Below, piece after piece: positions 63,138 through 64,000 of a stretch of 64,000 nt of DNA. Where the stretch lies: NCBI RefSeq assembly GCF_002113885.1, contig NW_018406816.1, forward strand, positions 406,426 to 470,425, in the 5' to 3' direction. Positions within the stretch are counted from its first letter, which is position 1, and every line of letters begins with the position of its first letter. Under the pieces are notes generated by a model. It did not search any database and had not been told where the DNA came from. It saw nothing but the letters and a program-made list of their open reading frames with translations. The translations under genes were made by a program, and so were the position numbers. This DNA comes from Mizuhopecten yessoensis (Eukaryota).

Positions 63138-63714
63138 AGCTCACCTGGCACGAAATGCTAGTTGAGCTTATTGTATGTGGTGTGTTGTCCGTTGTTCGTC
63201 ACCTTTTTCTTTGAACGACATCTTCTTAAGAACTGGAGAACCTAGGGCCATGGCATTTGGCCAGTAGGTACATTGTATCTGGGACAGAGCGCTATAAAGT
63301 TTCCTCAAATAGATGACCTTGACCTACTTTCAAGATCACAGGGGTTAAATATGTAAAACCCTTTAACAAACTTCTAACCAGGAGGCCCAGAGTAATAATA
63401 CTTTGCTTATAGGTACCTGGCATGAATTGCTATAAAGTTTAGTCAAATAAATGACCTTGACCCACTTTCACGGTCACATGGGTCAAATATATAAATATCT
63501 TTAAACAGCTTCTTCTGTAATACCAGAAGGCTCTGGGTGATGATATTTGACCATAAGCATGCTGGGCAAGAGAAGTATAAAGTTTCATTTAGTCTTGAAC
63601 ATTCTTAAGCCAAGGAGACTCAGTAATGGAAATATTTGCAAAAGTACTTTGAATATTTTCCCCATGATTGCTCAAATATTCAGGTGAGCGATTCAGGCCC
63701 TCTGTGCCTCTTGT
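63138..63714 (+). mobile_element. HINE, same family as 32330-34310
   Basis: agctcacctggcacgaaatgctagttgagct 5' end, tgaccttgacctactttcaag units, 3' caggtgagcgattcaggccctctgtgcctcttgtt. Confidence 0.8.
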
Positions 63715-64000
63715 TCAAAGCTTATATTATCTGTGAATACATGAAAAACAATAAACATTAGTGCAAAATATTTTTCATTTGAAGGAACGGATGTGGGATT
63801 CTTTTAAATCAAAGGGTATATACTATTTGAAAATCTGTTAAAATGTGTGATTCCAGTTCTGGGGATAAATGCGGTTAAATCTTTTATTTTTTCTATTTCA
63901 ACTCCCACAGATGATTGGGTTTAAAAAGCTGTTACAAAAGTTTTGTTCACTTCTCTGGATAACTTGTTTCAAAAGCTGTTACAATGTGTATTCTTGCTCC

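Noticed and set aside
63901-64000. Acceptor-like cccacag at 63904-63910 as the next MED24 exon
   Set aside because: A phase-2 join gives AAA TGA (immediate stop) and no MED24-like sequence follows.

Overview
AT-rich eukaryotic genomic DNA with GT-AG introns and two N gaps. The C1qDC expansion, V-domain SINEs and Helentron-type elements point to a bivalve mollusc (inference). Left to right: (1) the last coding exon of a Star-like/FkbM-family methyltransferase (170-553); (2) a ~25 kb cluster of six related, intronless, secreted C1q-domain genes (signal peptide, 14-aa-repeat coiled coil, basic linker, gC1q head). Three are intact (24989-26059 +, 29976-31100 +, 35055-36095 -), one has a single nonsense codon (11854-12894), one has a 532-bp frameshifting deletion but an open head ORF (20390-20898), and one is an inverted decayed remnant (~15660-16140). 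The heads are nearly invariant in the strands but differ strongly in four short segments, stalk repeat number varies, and copies are mosaics of one another; (3) the 5' part of MED24 (11 phase-consistent coding exons, 41349-62980, continuing past the window), with a candidate non-coding first exon, uORFs and a candidate 48-nt in-frame cassette exon resembling the start of the next exon. Non-coding DNA is rich in Helentron-associated elements with satellite-like arrays, MITEs, SINEs, long palindromes and minisatellites. No CRISPR, rRNA or intact tRNA genes were seen.
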